Below the pieces are notes generated by a model. That model was not told where the DNA came from, searched no databases, and was given only the letters and a program-made list of their open reading frames with translations. A DNA stretch of 34,986 nucleotides from a virus: the UHGV virus genome UHGV-0285842; one strand, written 5' to 3'. Every line of letters starts with the position of its first letter. Positions within the stretch are counted from its first letter, which is position 1. Both the position numbers and the translations under genes were made by a program. Below, piece by piece: positions 16,279 to 24,485 of this stretch.

Positions 16279-16581
16279 TTAGCGGTTGCTCAAACGTCTA
16301 TAACGAAGATGAGCGATCCCCCTATTTGTGCTAACGGTAATTACCGCCCCTTGCGGTGCAATACAAGAATGAATCTGTCCCCAATCATGACCCTTATGGC
16401 TTCCAGAAACACACAAACCATGAATAAGCAATTCAGAGTCACCACCGCCACCACCGGAAGAATGAGCACAGAATGAAATAGTCCCGAAAGCGTCGGCTGT
16501 CCAACCGTTAGGAATATCAAACCATCCCTGATTTGCTTTACCCGCCCTATTCCCCAAAGCGCCATCTACCCAAAATGCCAT
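16279..16581 (-). CDS. small Gly-rich protein, paralog 3 of a tandem triplet (100 aa)
   Basis: AGGAGAA Shine-Dalgarno; start overlaps the stop of paralog 2; shares M-x-x-W, FDIPNGW, GL, WG and C-terminal aromatic/basic motifs with the two upstream genes. Confidence 0.6.
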   Translation of the reverse strand: MAFWVDGALGNRAGKANQGWFDIPNGWTADAFGTISFCAHSSGGGGGDSELLIHGLCVSGSHKGHDWGQIHSCIAPQGAVITVSTNRGIAHLRYRRLSNR

Positions 16582-16886
16582 TAGTGCATTCTCCTGAATT
16601 TAAAATAATGCAAACTACCTTTACCCAATGTAAAGCTAACGGTAGCACCAGCGCCAACTAAAGAACTAGCGCCCCAACTCCCAGCATCACCAGCATGATG
16701 ACCTGATTCAATCAATCCATTTACAGCCAATTCAGAATCAAGATCACCAGCACCGTTAATGGCTTCCATATGAGCAAAAACAATTCCGCATGAATCAGTA
16801 ACCCAGCCGTTGGGGATATCAAAATATCCACCATTAGCCCAAATACTAATAGCGTTTGACATTCTTTGATTTATCCATCCAGCCAT
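16581..16886 (-). CDS. small Gly-rich protein, paralog 2 of a tandem triplet (101 aa)
   Basis: GGAG Shine-Dalgarno before ATG 16886; conserved FDIPNGW block. Confidence 0.6.
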   Translation of the reverse strand: MAGWINQRMSNAISIWANGGYFDIPNGWVTDSCGIVFAHMEAINGAGDLDSELAVNGLIESGHHAGDAGSWGASSLVGAGATVSFTLGKGSLHYFKFRRMH

Positions 16887-16888
16887 AA

Positions 16889-17185
16889 TTAAAACTCCAT
16901 GAATTTAAAATATTCAACACCACCTTCACCCCCTAAACCAAAGGAGACGGTGCAGCCAGCAGGAACAAACGAATTTATAGTAGATCCCCAATTGGTCCCA
17001 CCACGACGACGAGCAACGGTCAAACCATCTACGTTAATATGTGCATCAGACCACCCACCACCAGCATTATGACGCATTACAGCGACACCAGCACGAGCAG
17101 TACCATAGCCGTTAGGAATATCAAATACATGCCATTTTAAAGCATCGATTTTAGTATTAATTTCACTACTTACCCAATATCCCAT
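16889..17185 (-). CDS. small Gly-rich protein, paralog 1 of a tandem triplet (98 aa)
   Basis: AAGGA Shine-Dalgarno before ATG 17185; conserved FDIPNGY block. Confidence 0.6.
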   Translation of the reverse strand: MGYWVSSEINTKIDALKWHVFDIPNGYGTARAGVAVMRHNAGGGWSDAHINVDGLTVARRRGGTNWGSTINSFVPAGCTVSFGLGGEGGVEYFKFMEF

Positions 17186-17223
17186 ATAAGAATCCTTAGC
17201 GGAGATTTCTCCCCGCTTTCCAA

Positions 17224-20200
17224 TTACCCTAATTTAGCTTCAATTGCAGCAAGACGTTCACGAAGAAGTTTATTTTCTTCGCTCATTTCTTGGACCGCTT
17301 TAATTAAAAGCGCGTTCACTGCGGAGTTTGAAATTGTTAAAATTTCTTCTGGGTTATCAAGACCACCAATTTTTGCGGTTTTAACAGCTTCCGGTAATAC
17401 CTCTTGTAAATCCTGTGCGATAATACCAATCTCATGACCTATAACTTCTCGGTCATTAAGAGATTTAACTTTATCGTAGGTTTTAACTTTGAGTTTATTT
17501 ACCTTATCCACCGCATTTTCTTCGTAATCTTCAACATTAATTTTCAGACGACCATCGGAACGAATATAAACATCGTTAAAGTTACCATTACCAGGAGAAT
17601 AGAAAGTACCATCATGATGGAACTCGAATACAGCTTGAGGATGACCAGCCGCTGGCGATGCCTCCGCAGATCCAACACGAATAATAGCTTGCCCCCAATT
17701 TTGAGGAACACGACGCATACCAAAATCGACGGCAGTTGTATACCCTTGATTGGTGATTAAACTTCTTCCTTTAATAATTGGATAATAGCTATCTGGTCCA
17801 ACATAGCCATGATCGACGAATATTGGAGCTTCTAATCCCCATTGATCGCCCCAACCTCCAGATTGGCTAGCAGTCCAACGTTCACCATGAACATAGAATC
17901 GAACGTTATTGACATGAGTCATTTCGACACCTTTTGGACTTAGCGCGATATCACCCGCGTTTGTAATATTGATAGCAGCATTAGTAGCATAGCTATAGAA
18001 CGCTAATCCATTATCAGCACCACCTTTACCGATATACCAGTTGTTATTATCAGCACAAGTACCCAGCAAATATATAGACGAATCACCCGTTTCGGCATTC
18101 ATGACGATTGCGTCAGAACCACGATTAACTTTAAGTTTCCCGAAGAAGGTGTTTTTAATGGTATTATCACCCAATCGTTCAAATTCTGCTAAAAATCCTT
18201 TTGAGTCACGAAGACTTAAAACGTTATTTCGACCTGTATTGCTTGCACCCCAATGGACGAGTTCCATATAGTCCATAGATTGACGAGAACCAGCTTTAAA
18301 GAACAGGTTGTCTTCGAGACGAGTGCTACCATCAATTCCAAGATGCAAACAACGAGCAGTTTCAGTGCCACCTAAATATAATCCACCGTCAGCAAAATTA
18401 TAGCTGAATGGTCTACGAGTATTCCACGGTCCAAATGAATCACCGAGATCTGTGGTAAGAATATGGAAGCCAACGCCATCATTTCTAAAAATTAAGCCAT
18501 AATTGCCACCTTTAACAGCCAAACGAGCATTTTCAGATAATGCAACTTCGCTATTCATTACAATTTTCTGGCCTTTACCGCCAGTAATATGCAATTCACC
18601 ATCTTCAATCAGGTTTATAGAGTTTTGACCGTTATCGTTCCACCAAATAAAATCTTTGGTCGTCAAATCACCAAAACCAAACCAACCATTACGAACATCT
18701 TGACCAGTGCGATAATCCATAAAATTAAAATGGCTTGATTCGTTTGGTCCTCGACGAATATCAATACCAGCATTACCAGTACCACCATCCAATGTTAATT
18801 TCTTGATATGTAACCCGGATGTTGCTGTCAGCAATAATTCCTGATTTGTATCTTCGTATCCAGTAGCAAGACGATATGCGTTATCATCAACTGTCTCATG
18901 CCAGATTGTAGCTGGTGCACAACTACGGAAGCGACGCAACATCTTTTTAGCATTTGTCGGTTGTTCGTTTAAATGCTCAATATCATATTGGCCTTGATGA
19001 TTGCCAGCAAAATTTAACGTCCCACGGTTGCTAAAGTTATTGAACGATGAAATGTTAAGAGCATCAAAAATTTCGTCTGCAACAGGTTTTTCACCACCCA
19101 GATATTCAGGAGTATCCAACAGGTTTAAAGAAACACCACCGGAAGAAACTTGATATTCTGCTAAAACAAATCCTGTATGTGCACCGTAGTAAGCGTAAAG
19201 ATCGTAATTGTCGCCATCGGTTGGAATAGCGCAAAAATGTTGTTCATAATGCCAAATAGTATAATACGCATTGAATACAACACCTTTCGGGCTATTGTTG
19301 CCGCATCGAATCACCAATTCGATAATATTGGCTTGTCCATTATGTCCTACGTTATAACCGTTACCACCAACCAAACGGATCTTAGCCGTGCGACCGTGTT
19401 GTTGTGGCATTGTCAAAGTGCCTAGTTTAAACCAACCACCCTCGATACCAAAATTAAGCGTCTTCTGGAACAGTCGGTCAATTTCTGCTTTCGAATATGC
19501 GCCAATTTCAGCCGGAGTAGGTTTATCGCCTTCATGATACATGCGGTGAGAATATGACAAATTACCTAATTCATCATAGCCGTATGTTCTTACAGTAGCA
19601 TGTGGATTAGACCCATAAGTGAACTCGAAGCCACGAGCATGATTAACACCAGATGGATGCGGAACATGCAAGATCATTGCAATATGACCCGCCAGGTCAT
19701 TCATGCGGAATGCACCAAAGTAATCAAGATTACGCGCATTTGGATCATCAAAATAGTTTGCGGTCTTAGACAGCAAATAACCATCAGTATAAGTGTTTAC
19801 GTGTTTTTTGATGTACTTGCCATCAGCAGATCCATCGGCTGCATCAATACGGCTTTCTAAACGTGCCAGTTCAGAATCAGTGTAAGACTTGTTATTGTCA
19901 ACTTTGCTATGAATTGCTGTATTTTTGGCTTCAACATCACGGGTTAATGCTGCGACGTTATCCGCTGCCTCTTGCTTATTGGCTGCAATCACACCAGTAA
20001 GGTTATTGTAGGTGTCAGTTAACTGATTTTCCGCATAGACTTTATTTGCTGCGATAGTGCGGTCAGTTTCTGCCTTAATCAAATCAACCTTGTCATTGAT
20101 TGCTTTGTCATTGCTTGCGATGGTTGCATCGGTGCGGGATTTAATATCATCAACTTTTTTATTGATGCGGGTGTCCAGTTCCTGAGTTGCTACAGCAGCC

Positions 20201-20631
20201 GCATTTTTATTAGCGTTGATGGTATCCGACAATTCAGCTTTAACACCAGCAAGGTCGGAAGCAGCTTTATTTTTATTGGCCTCGATTGTCGCGTCGGTTT
20301 CGCGTTTAATTACATCAACTTTATTGTTAATTTCTGCGTGATTTGCTGCGATGGTTGCATCAGTAGTTTGTTTAATTTCATCTACTTTAGCGTGAATATT
20401 GCGGTCATTTACTGCAATTGTGCTATCTAGTTCTTGTTTGTTAGCATCAACTTTAGATTCTAGTGCCGCGTGAGTTTCAGGAGAAACAGAGATTTGAACT
20501 ACTTCATGATCTCGGTCTTTGGTAAAAATAACATGGTCTTTAAGGTTGATTGCTACCTCACCGACCTGTAATTGTTCCGGCGTTGGTTTTTTGCCAGAAA
20601 CATTAGTTCGTTTAAATTGGATTGATTGCAT
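17224..20631 (-). CDS. side tail fibre (1135 aa) with C-terminal peptidase S74-type intramolecular chaperone domain
   Basis: N-terminal repeated KVDxIKxxTDATIxAN units, central beta-helix-like Gly/Asn-rich region, C-terminal ~110 aa (SDGRLKINVEDY...LLRERLAAIEAKLG) resembling autoproteolytic chaperone domains of phage fibres and endosialidases. GAGGTGA Shine-Dalgarno before ATG 20631. Confidence 0.8.
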   Translation of the reverse strand: MQSIQFKRTNVSGKKPTPEQLQVGEVAINLKDHVIFTKDRDHEVVQISVSPETHAALESKVDANKQELDSTIAVNDRNIHAKVDEIKQTTDATIAANHAEINNKVDVIKRETDATIEANKNKAASDLAGVKAELSDTINANKNAAAVATQELDTRINKKVDDIKSRTDATIASNDKAINDKVDLIKAETDRTIAANKVYAENQLTDTYNNLTGVIAANKQEAADNVAALTRDVEAKNTAIHSKVDNNKSYTDSELARLESRIDAADGSADGKYIKKHVNTYTDGYLLSKTANYFDDPNARNLDYFGAFRMNDLAGHIAMILHVPHPSGVNHARGFEFTYGSNPHATVRTYGYDELGNLSYSHRMYHEGDKPTPAEIGAYSKAEIDRLFQKTLNFGIEGGWFKLGTLTMPQQHGRTAKIRLVGGNGYNVGHNGQANIIELVIRCGNNSPKGVVFNAYYTIWHYEQHFCAIPTDGDNYDLYAYYGAHTGFVLAEYQVSSGGVSLNLLDTPEYLGGEKPVADEIFDALNISSFNNFSNRGTLNFAGNHQGQYDIEHLNEQPTNAKKMLRRFRSCAPATIWHETVDDNAYRLATGYEDTNQELLLTATSGLHIKKLTLDGGTGNAGIDIRRGPNESSHFNFMDYRTGQDVRNGWFGFGDLTTKDFIWWNDNGQNSINLIEDGELHITGGKGQKIVMNSEVALSENARLAVKGGNYGLIFRNDGVGFHILTTDLGDSFGPWNTRRPFSYNFADGGLYLGGTETARCLHLGIDGSTRLEDNLFFKAGSRQSMDYMELVHWGASNTGRNNVLSLRDSKGFLAEFERLGDNTIKNTFFGKLKVNRGSDAIVMNAETGDSSIYLLGTCADNNNWYIGKGGADNGLAFYSYATNAAINITNAGDIALSPKGVEMTHVNNVRFYVHGERWTASQSGGWGDQWGLEAPIFVDHGYVGPDSYYPIIKGRSLITNQGYTTAVDFGMRRVPQNWGQAIIRVGSAEASPAAGHPQAVFEFHHDGTFYSPGNGNFNDVYIRSDGRLKINVEDYEENAVDKVNKLKVKTYDKVKSLNDREVIGHEIGIIAQDLQEVLPEAVKTAKIGGLDNPEEILTISNSAVNALLIKAVQEMSEENKLLRERLAAIEAKLG
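20040..20420. repeat. imperfect tandem repeats (~48 bp units) in the fibre N-terminal shaft
   Basis: Recurring GCGATGGTTGCATC...TTTAAT-TCATC-ACTTT blocks, at least four copies, encoding the repeated KVDxIK-TDATI peptide motif. Confidence 0.5.
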
Positions 20632-20644
20632 CTAATCACCTCAC

Positions 20645-20677
20645 ATAAAACAGGAATAAGGGAGGCGTTAACCTCCC
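20645..20677 (-). terminator. hairpin terminator between the 277-aa gene and the fibre gene
   Basis: Stem GGGAGG (20660-20665) / CCTCCC (20672-20677); U-rich tract on the minus-strand transcript. Confidence 0.45.
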
Positions 20678-20702
20678 CGTCATGTTTTATTTAGAGAAGC
20701 AA

Positions 20703-21536
20703 TCAGTATTCCCCGAAATCGATCCGGTCATGGATAGAAACGGCTTCAATCTCGGCTGGTGTCGGTTTTTCTTCTGTGGAATACAATTTCACCCATCCAG
20801 AATTACCGTCTTTCTGGACTGTGCGAACTCGTAAACGTGGTGCACCAGAAGCGGTGCAAGTTAATTGCCATCCACCATCTTCATTAGGTTGAACGTGAAT
20901 TAGTGAAGTATCAGCACTAAATGGGTTAGATGCGCTCGATCCCTGATAGGTTACGAAACGGTTTCCGGCTAATGCTTCGCTATCAATCGGACCCGTGAAT
21001 GGATTTACACCAGCACCCAAACCAAAATCACCCTGACGTAAGATCCGGCCTTCGGTAGCAATACCGCGATCTAGAATCCCGCCATCAGGTTCTAATTTAA
21101 ACTCGATTGTAGTAACTTTGTTATCACCGGATTTTGTTTTATGTGACGAGACATAAGCGTCAAAAATGACGTAGTAACCTGTGTTAGCAGCACTGTAACC
21201 AGAGTTCACAACATAGAACATACGAAAGCGTAAAGGAGTTTTATCATTCACCGCTTTCATCAACATGTCTTGATGTTCGTCATCCAGAACACGGTTTACT
21301 ACTAACGTAGTTGATTCAAGTTTACGATAGCCAGCAAGTTTACCCGTAGCGTCCTGATCATACTCTTCTAACGTCTGGATCTCTGTGGATTCGGTTATCG
21401 TCGGGAATGCTGCGATGTTCTCGATAGGACTAAATGCAGGATCGAAAAAGTCCGGCTGGTTATCCACCATAGTAGACACGGAGACTTCAACATGCGACCC
21501 CGTGAAAATGTCTAAGTTATCTTGTGTAATATTCAT
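20703..21536 (-). CDS. virion structural protein (277 aa), possibly tail- or fibre-associated
   Basis: AAGGGGTAATA before ATG 21536; beta-rich; C-terminal EEKPTPAEIEAVS echoes KPTPAEIGAYS and KKPTPEQLQVGEVA in the adjacent fibre. Confidence 0.4.
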   Translation of the reverse strand: MNITQDNLDIFTGSHVEVSVSTMVDNQPDFFDPAFSPIENIAAFPTITESTEIQTLEEYDQDATGKLAGYRKLESTTLVVNRVLDDEHQDMLMKAVNDKTPLRFRMFYVVNSGYSAANTGYYVIFDAYVSSHKTKSGDNKVTTIEFKLEPDGGILDRGIATEGRILRQGDFGLGAGVNPFTGPIDSEALAGNRFVTYQGSSASNPFSADTSLIHVQPNEDGGWQLTCTASGAPRLRVRTVQKDGNSGWVKLYSTEEKPTPAEIEAVSIHDRIDFGEY

Positions 21537-21545
21537 TATTACCCC

Positions 21546-21968
21546 TTAAAAACGCGCTAGATAAGAAAATTTAAGGCTAAGTGTCCCAACGATACCCCCA
21601 TCACTAGAATCATCGTCATAATCGGTATTAGAAGCTACTGGAGTGATATCTGAAATAGAGAAGCCCAAATCTTTAAATCGTGGGTTATCTGGCTGAATCT
21701 GGATTATCTGGCAAATACCCTCATGAATTTTGGTTTCATGATTCTGAGAATACAACTGCATTTCGATAACGCATTCAGCTTGCATTGCATTACCACCACG
21801 GACCCTATTGTAAGTCTCATTCATTCCGGTAATCCAACAAACCACATCATCACTAAAGCCTTGCTGAGTTTGTTCTACGTTTAAAGCCAGACCTAAATCT
21901 TGTTCGATAATATCCTGCAAGGCGCGTTTGATTTTCAGTCTAGGCATATTATTAACGGTAGCGAGCAT
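21546..21968 (-). CDS. head-tail joining / tail completion protein (about 140 aa)
   Basis: ATG 21968 with GGGGG Shine-Dalgarno (track ORF start at 22016 lies inside the upstream gene); position after capsid and connector genes. Confidence 0.4.
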   Translation of the reverse strand: MLATVNNMPRLKIKRALQDIIEQDLGLALNVEQTQQGFSDDVVCWITGMNETYNRVRGGNAMQAECVIEMQLYSQNHETKIHEGICQIIQIQPDNPRFKDLGFSISDITPVASNTDYDDDSSDGGIVGTLSLKFSYLARF

Positions 21969-22242
21969 GTGTACCCCCTGCACGAGCAATAAAGCAATCA
22001 GTTGTATTGTCACCATTGCGCTTAACGTATTGAACTTTGAAACGCTGATTTTCTACAGTGACAATATCACCCTGCTTTAAGTCTCCCTCACGACAAAATA
22101 GAAATTCTGTCTCTGTCATTACCCCTGATTCGTCGGTAGTAGTAATTTCATGATAAGCACGAATTGATTTACCACCTTCCACCGAAAATACAGGAGCACT
22201 TCGGAACATTCTTGATAATTGTGATTCTGATAATTTGAACAT
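21952..22242 (-). CDS. head completion / connector protein (96 aa)
   Basis: AAGGGGGTAACT before ATG 22242; small protein directly downstream of the capsid gene. Confidence 0.45.
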   Translation of the reverse strand: MFKLSESQLSRMFRSAPVFSVEGGKSIRAYHEITTTDESGVMTETEFLFCREGDLKQGDIVTVENQRFKVQYVKRNGDNTTDCFIARAGGTHARYR

Positions 22243-22272
22243 AGTTACCCCCTTTATGGAGTATTTACATAC

Positions 22273-22298
22273 AAAAAAGCCCCACCGTTAGGCAGGGC
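22273..22298 (-). terminator. intrinsic terminator after the capsid gene
   Basis: Minus-strand RNA GCCCUGCC-UAAC-GGUGGGGC (8-bp stem with two G-U pairs) followed by UUUUUU. Confidence 0.6.
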
Positions 22299-22433
22299 TA
22301 ATTATTATTCTTTAGTTTTACGTTGTTTTTTAACTGTGGCTTTCGCCGTAACCGTCTGAGATTCTTCTTCCTGAGATGGAATCAGATTTTCTTCCCCCAA
22401 ATCGGGGGAAGGTTCAGAAGGTTCTACGCTAGT

Positions 22434-24440
22434 TCATTCAGCGGAGATGTGAAGAACTTTCAGAGCTTCCGGCTGAACTACGGTGAAGTCCAGGTCTACC
22501 CAGATACGCGGAACGATAGCAGACTGTGCACGGTAGGTAGTGTCATCCATATCCAGTTCCAGACCACCCCATTCGCCGATCATGATACCGGAGAAGTCAC
22601 CCAGAACGATGTGATCTGCCGGGATAACACCAGAAGTAACTACATCGTAACCAGCCAGTTTGCCGTTTTCGATGATATAACCGGAAACGCCGTTATCTTT
22701 CAGGGTAGATTCCAGTTCAGCAGCAGTTGCACCGCTCATTGCAAACTTGATGGACTGTGCCGGAACGCCAGCGTCGGTCAGTGCTGCAATTTCTTTCAGG
22801 AAGTCTTTGTAGCTAAAAGCGGCTTTCTTAGTAACGCGACCACCGTCTACCAGTTGCTTAACCAGACCTTTCGGACCGCGAGTATTGTCTTTGTCAGACA
22901 GAATCAGTTGTTCCAGTTTGATCCGGACAGCTTTGTTAATGTGATCAGTGATCAGAGTAGCAATATTCGGAACAGTTTTCAGAGACTGACGGCTGATCGG
23001 GTTGCCACCAGCAAACGTCTTAGGAGCCATTTTCACGTTTGCAAATTCAGCTTTGCTTTCCGGTGCAGCACCGTTTTCATCAACGAAACCGAAAGCATCT
23101 ACGCTGGAAGCAGTCATTTTCGGTACAGCAATCGGAGCATTCAGACCAGACAGAACAGTCACACCGAGGCGGCCTAAAACACTCTGAGGCAACAGCATTT
23201 CAACATAGGATTCGGTCAGCAGTTTTTCGTCGGTGATATCAGTCAGAGTAGCTTTGGTGTTACCATCAGCAGCAGCACGCAGAGCAGCAGCCGGAACGAA
23301 TACAGAGCCACCGCGAGCAGCACGACCACGCTGCATTGCAGCACCAGCAGCCATAGCGGAATATTCAGCTTCGTTAGCACCCAGAGCAGCACCATCTACC
23401 AGAGAGCGAATTACGTTGTTCAGGTCAAAAGTTTTTTCCATTTTAGAGTCCTTAATTTGTTGTTCGTTGTTACGTTGAGCAGTAGCGATTTTATTTAGTG
23501 CCTTAGTGCGGAATGCTTCCGGCGTCATATCTTTAACTGCCAATGCGCGTTCTAATTCTTCGTCGTTAATATTTAGCTCGCGTGCAATTTCGCGAATTTC
23601 TAATTCGTCTTCTTCGGAACGTTCAGCCACTTCTTCGATTTTTTCTTCTTCAACCGGAGCAGCTTCACGTTCTTCTTTTACTTCTTCTGCTTCCCGAACA
23701 GTTGAACTATCATCATCAACACTTTCAGGATGTTCAGCGTCTTTTCCGTCTTCGAGATTTTCATCTTCTTTATTCTCTTCAACTTGGCGCTCTTGAGTTT
23801 CTTCAACTTCCGGTTCTTTATTTTCTTCTACCGGAGTTTCTTCAACCTGAGCGGCTTCTTGTTCTTCTTTGATTTCTTCGATTTGTTCTTTAGTCATATC
23901 GCGTTTAGCCTCCAAATTAACTGTGATAGTATTTAGAGAGCGATTTAAACCGACAGAATCATCGGCAGGGACCGTCACAAATGAAATTTCAAAAGGTGCC
24001 CACTTAGTAACAATCAATTGCCCTTTGGCGTAATCGATTTGATATTCTTTAATGTCATAACCGACAGAAATTTTTTCCATCGTACCTTCAATGACTTTAT
24101 TGCGAATATCATTAGCCATAGTTCCATGCTTAGAGAATTTAACCAGAGCACGACCTACGTTATCCGCATCGATTCGAGCGTTACAAACGACACCAATGTG
24201 ATTATCGAAATTATGATTAAACAGCAACGGAGCGTTATTATTCAGACGAGACAGATCAACCGCTTCCGGTGTATGTACCAGAATTTCATCTAATACCACC
24301 ATTTCTTGATTTTGCTCATCCCAGAATTGGCGCTGATAAGGCTGTTCACTGGAGAAAGCAATTTCAAATTCGTATTGATCGTTCTGCCCTTCGTTAATAA
24401 CTCCACCGTAACCGTTAAGATCGCGGCGAAATTTAAGCAT
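22434..24440 (-). CDS. fused prohead protease (HK97 gp4 / S78-like), acidic scaffold segment and HK97-fold major capsid protein (668 aa)
   Basis: N-terminal ~170 aa with protease-like pattern (EFEIAFSS...LLFNHNFDNHIGVV...ISVGYDIKEY), central Glu/Lys coiled-coil low-complexity region, C-terminal ~330 aa capsid-like (SGVIPADHIVLGDFSGIMIGEWGGLELD...). AAGGTGA before ATG 24440. Confidence 0.75.
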   Translation of the reverse strand: MLKFRRDLNGYGGVINEGQNDQYEFEIAFSSEQPYQRQFWDEQNQEMVVLDEILVHTPEAVDLSRLNNNAPLLFNHNFDNHIGVVCNARIDADNVGRALVKFSKHGTMANDIRNKVIEGTMEKISVGYDIKEYQIDYAKGQLIVTKWAPFEISFVTVPADDSVGLNRSLNTITVNLEAKRDMTKEQIEEIKEEQEAAQVEETPVEENKEPEVEETQERQVEENKEDENLEDGKDAEHPESVDDDSSTVREAEEVKEEREAAPVEEEKIEEVAERSEEDELEIREIARELNINDEELERALAVKDMTPEAFRTKALNKIATAQRNNEQQIKDSKMEKTFDLNNVIRSLVDGAALGANEAEYSAMAAGAAMQRGRAARGGSVFVPAAALRAAADGNTKATLTDITDEKLLTESYVEMLLPQSVLGRLGVTVLSGLNAPIAVPKMTASSVDAFGFVDENGAAPESKAEFANVKMAPKTFAGGNPISRQSLKTVPNIATLITDHINKAVRIKLEQLILSDKDNTRGPKGLVKQLVDGGRVTKKAAFSYKDFLKEIAALTDAGVPAQSIKFAMSGATAAELESTLKDNGVSGYIIENGKLAGYDVVTSGVIPADHIVLGDFSGIMIGEWGGLELDMDDTTYRAQSAIVPRIWVDLDFTVVQPEALKVLHISAE

Positions 24441-24485
24441 TTAATCACCTTTAATTAATTGGGGGCATTGCGCCCCCGTTGGTTA

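Noticed and set aside
15775-16565. Plus-strand ORF 15775-16476 and minus-strand 16341-16565
   Set aside because: Overlap the tail-tube gene and paralog 3, which have ribosome-binding sites and conserved motifs; the alternatives have neither.
17224-20631. Diversity-generating retroelement associated with the fibre gene
   Set aside because: No reverse-transcriptase-like ORF anywhere in the window and no near-identical template repeat of the fibre 3' end detected by eye.
22323-23936. Plus-strand ORFs across the capsid gene region (22323-23177, 23002-23478, 23506-23936)
   Set aside because: Antisense to the protease-scaffold-capsid gene; low-complexity Ser/Leu/Phe-rich translations from the GAA-rich scaffold segment.
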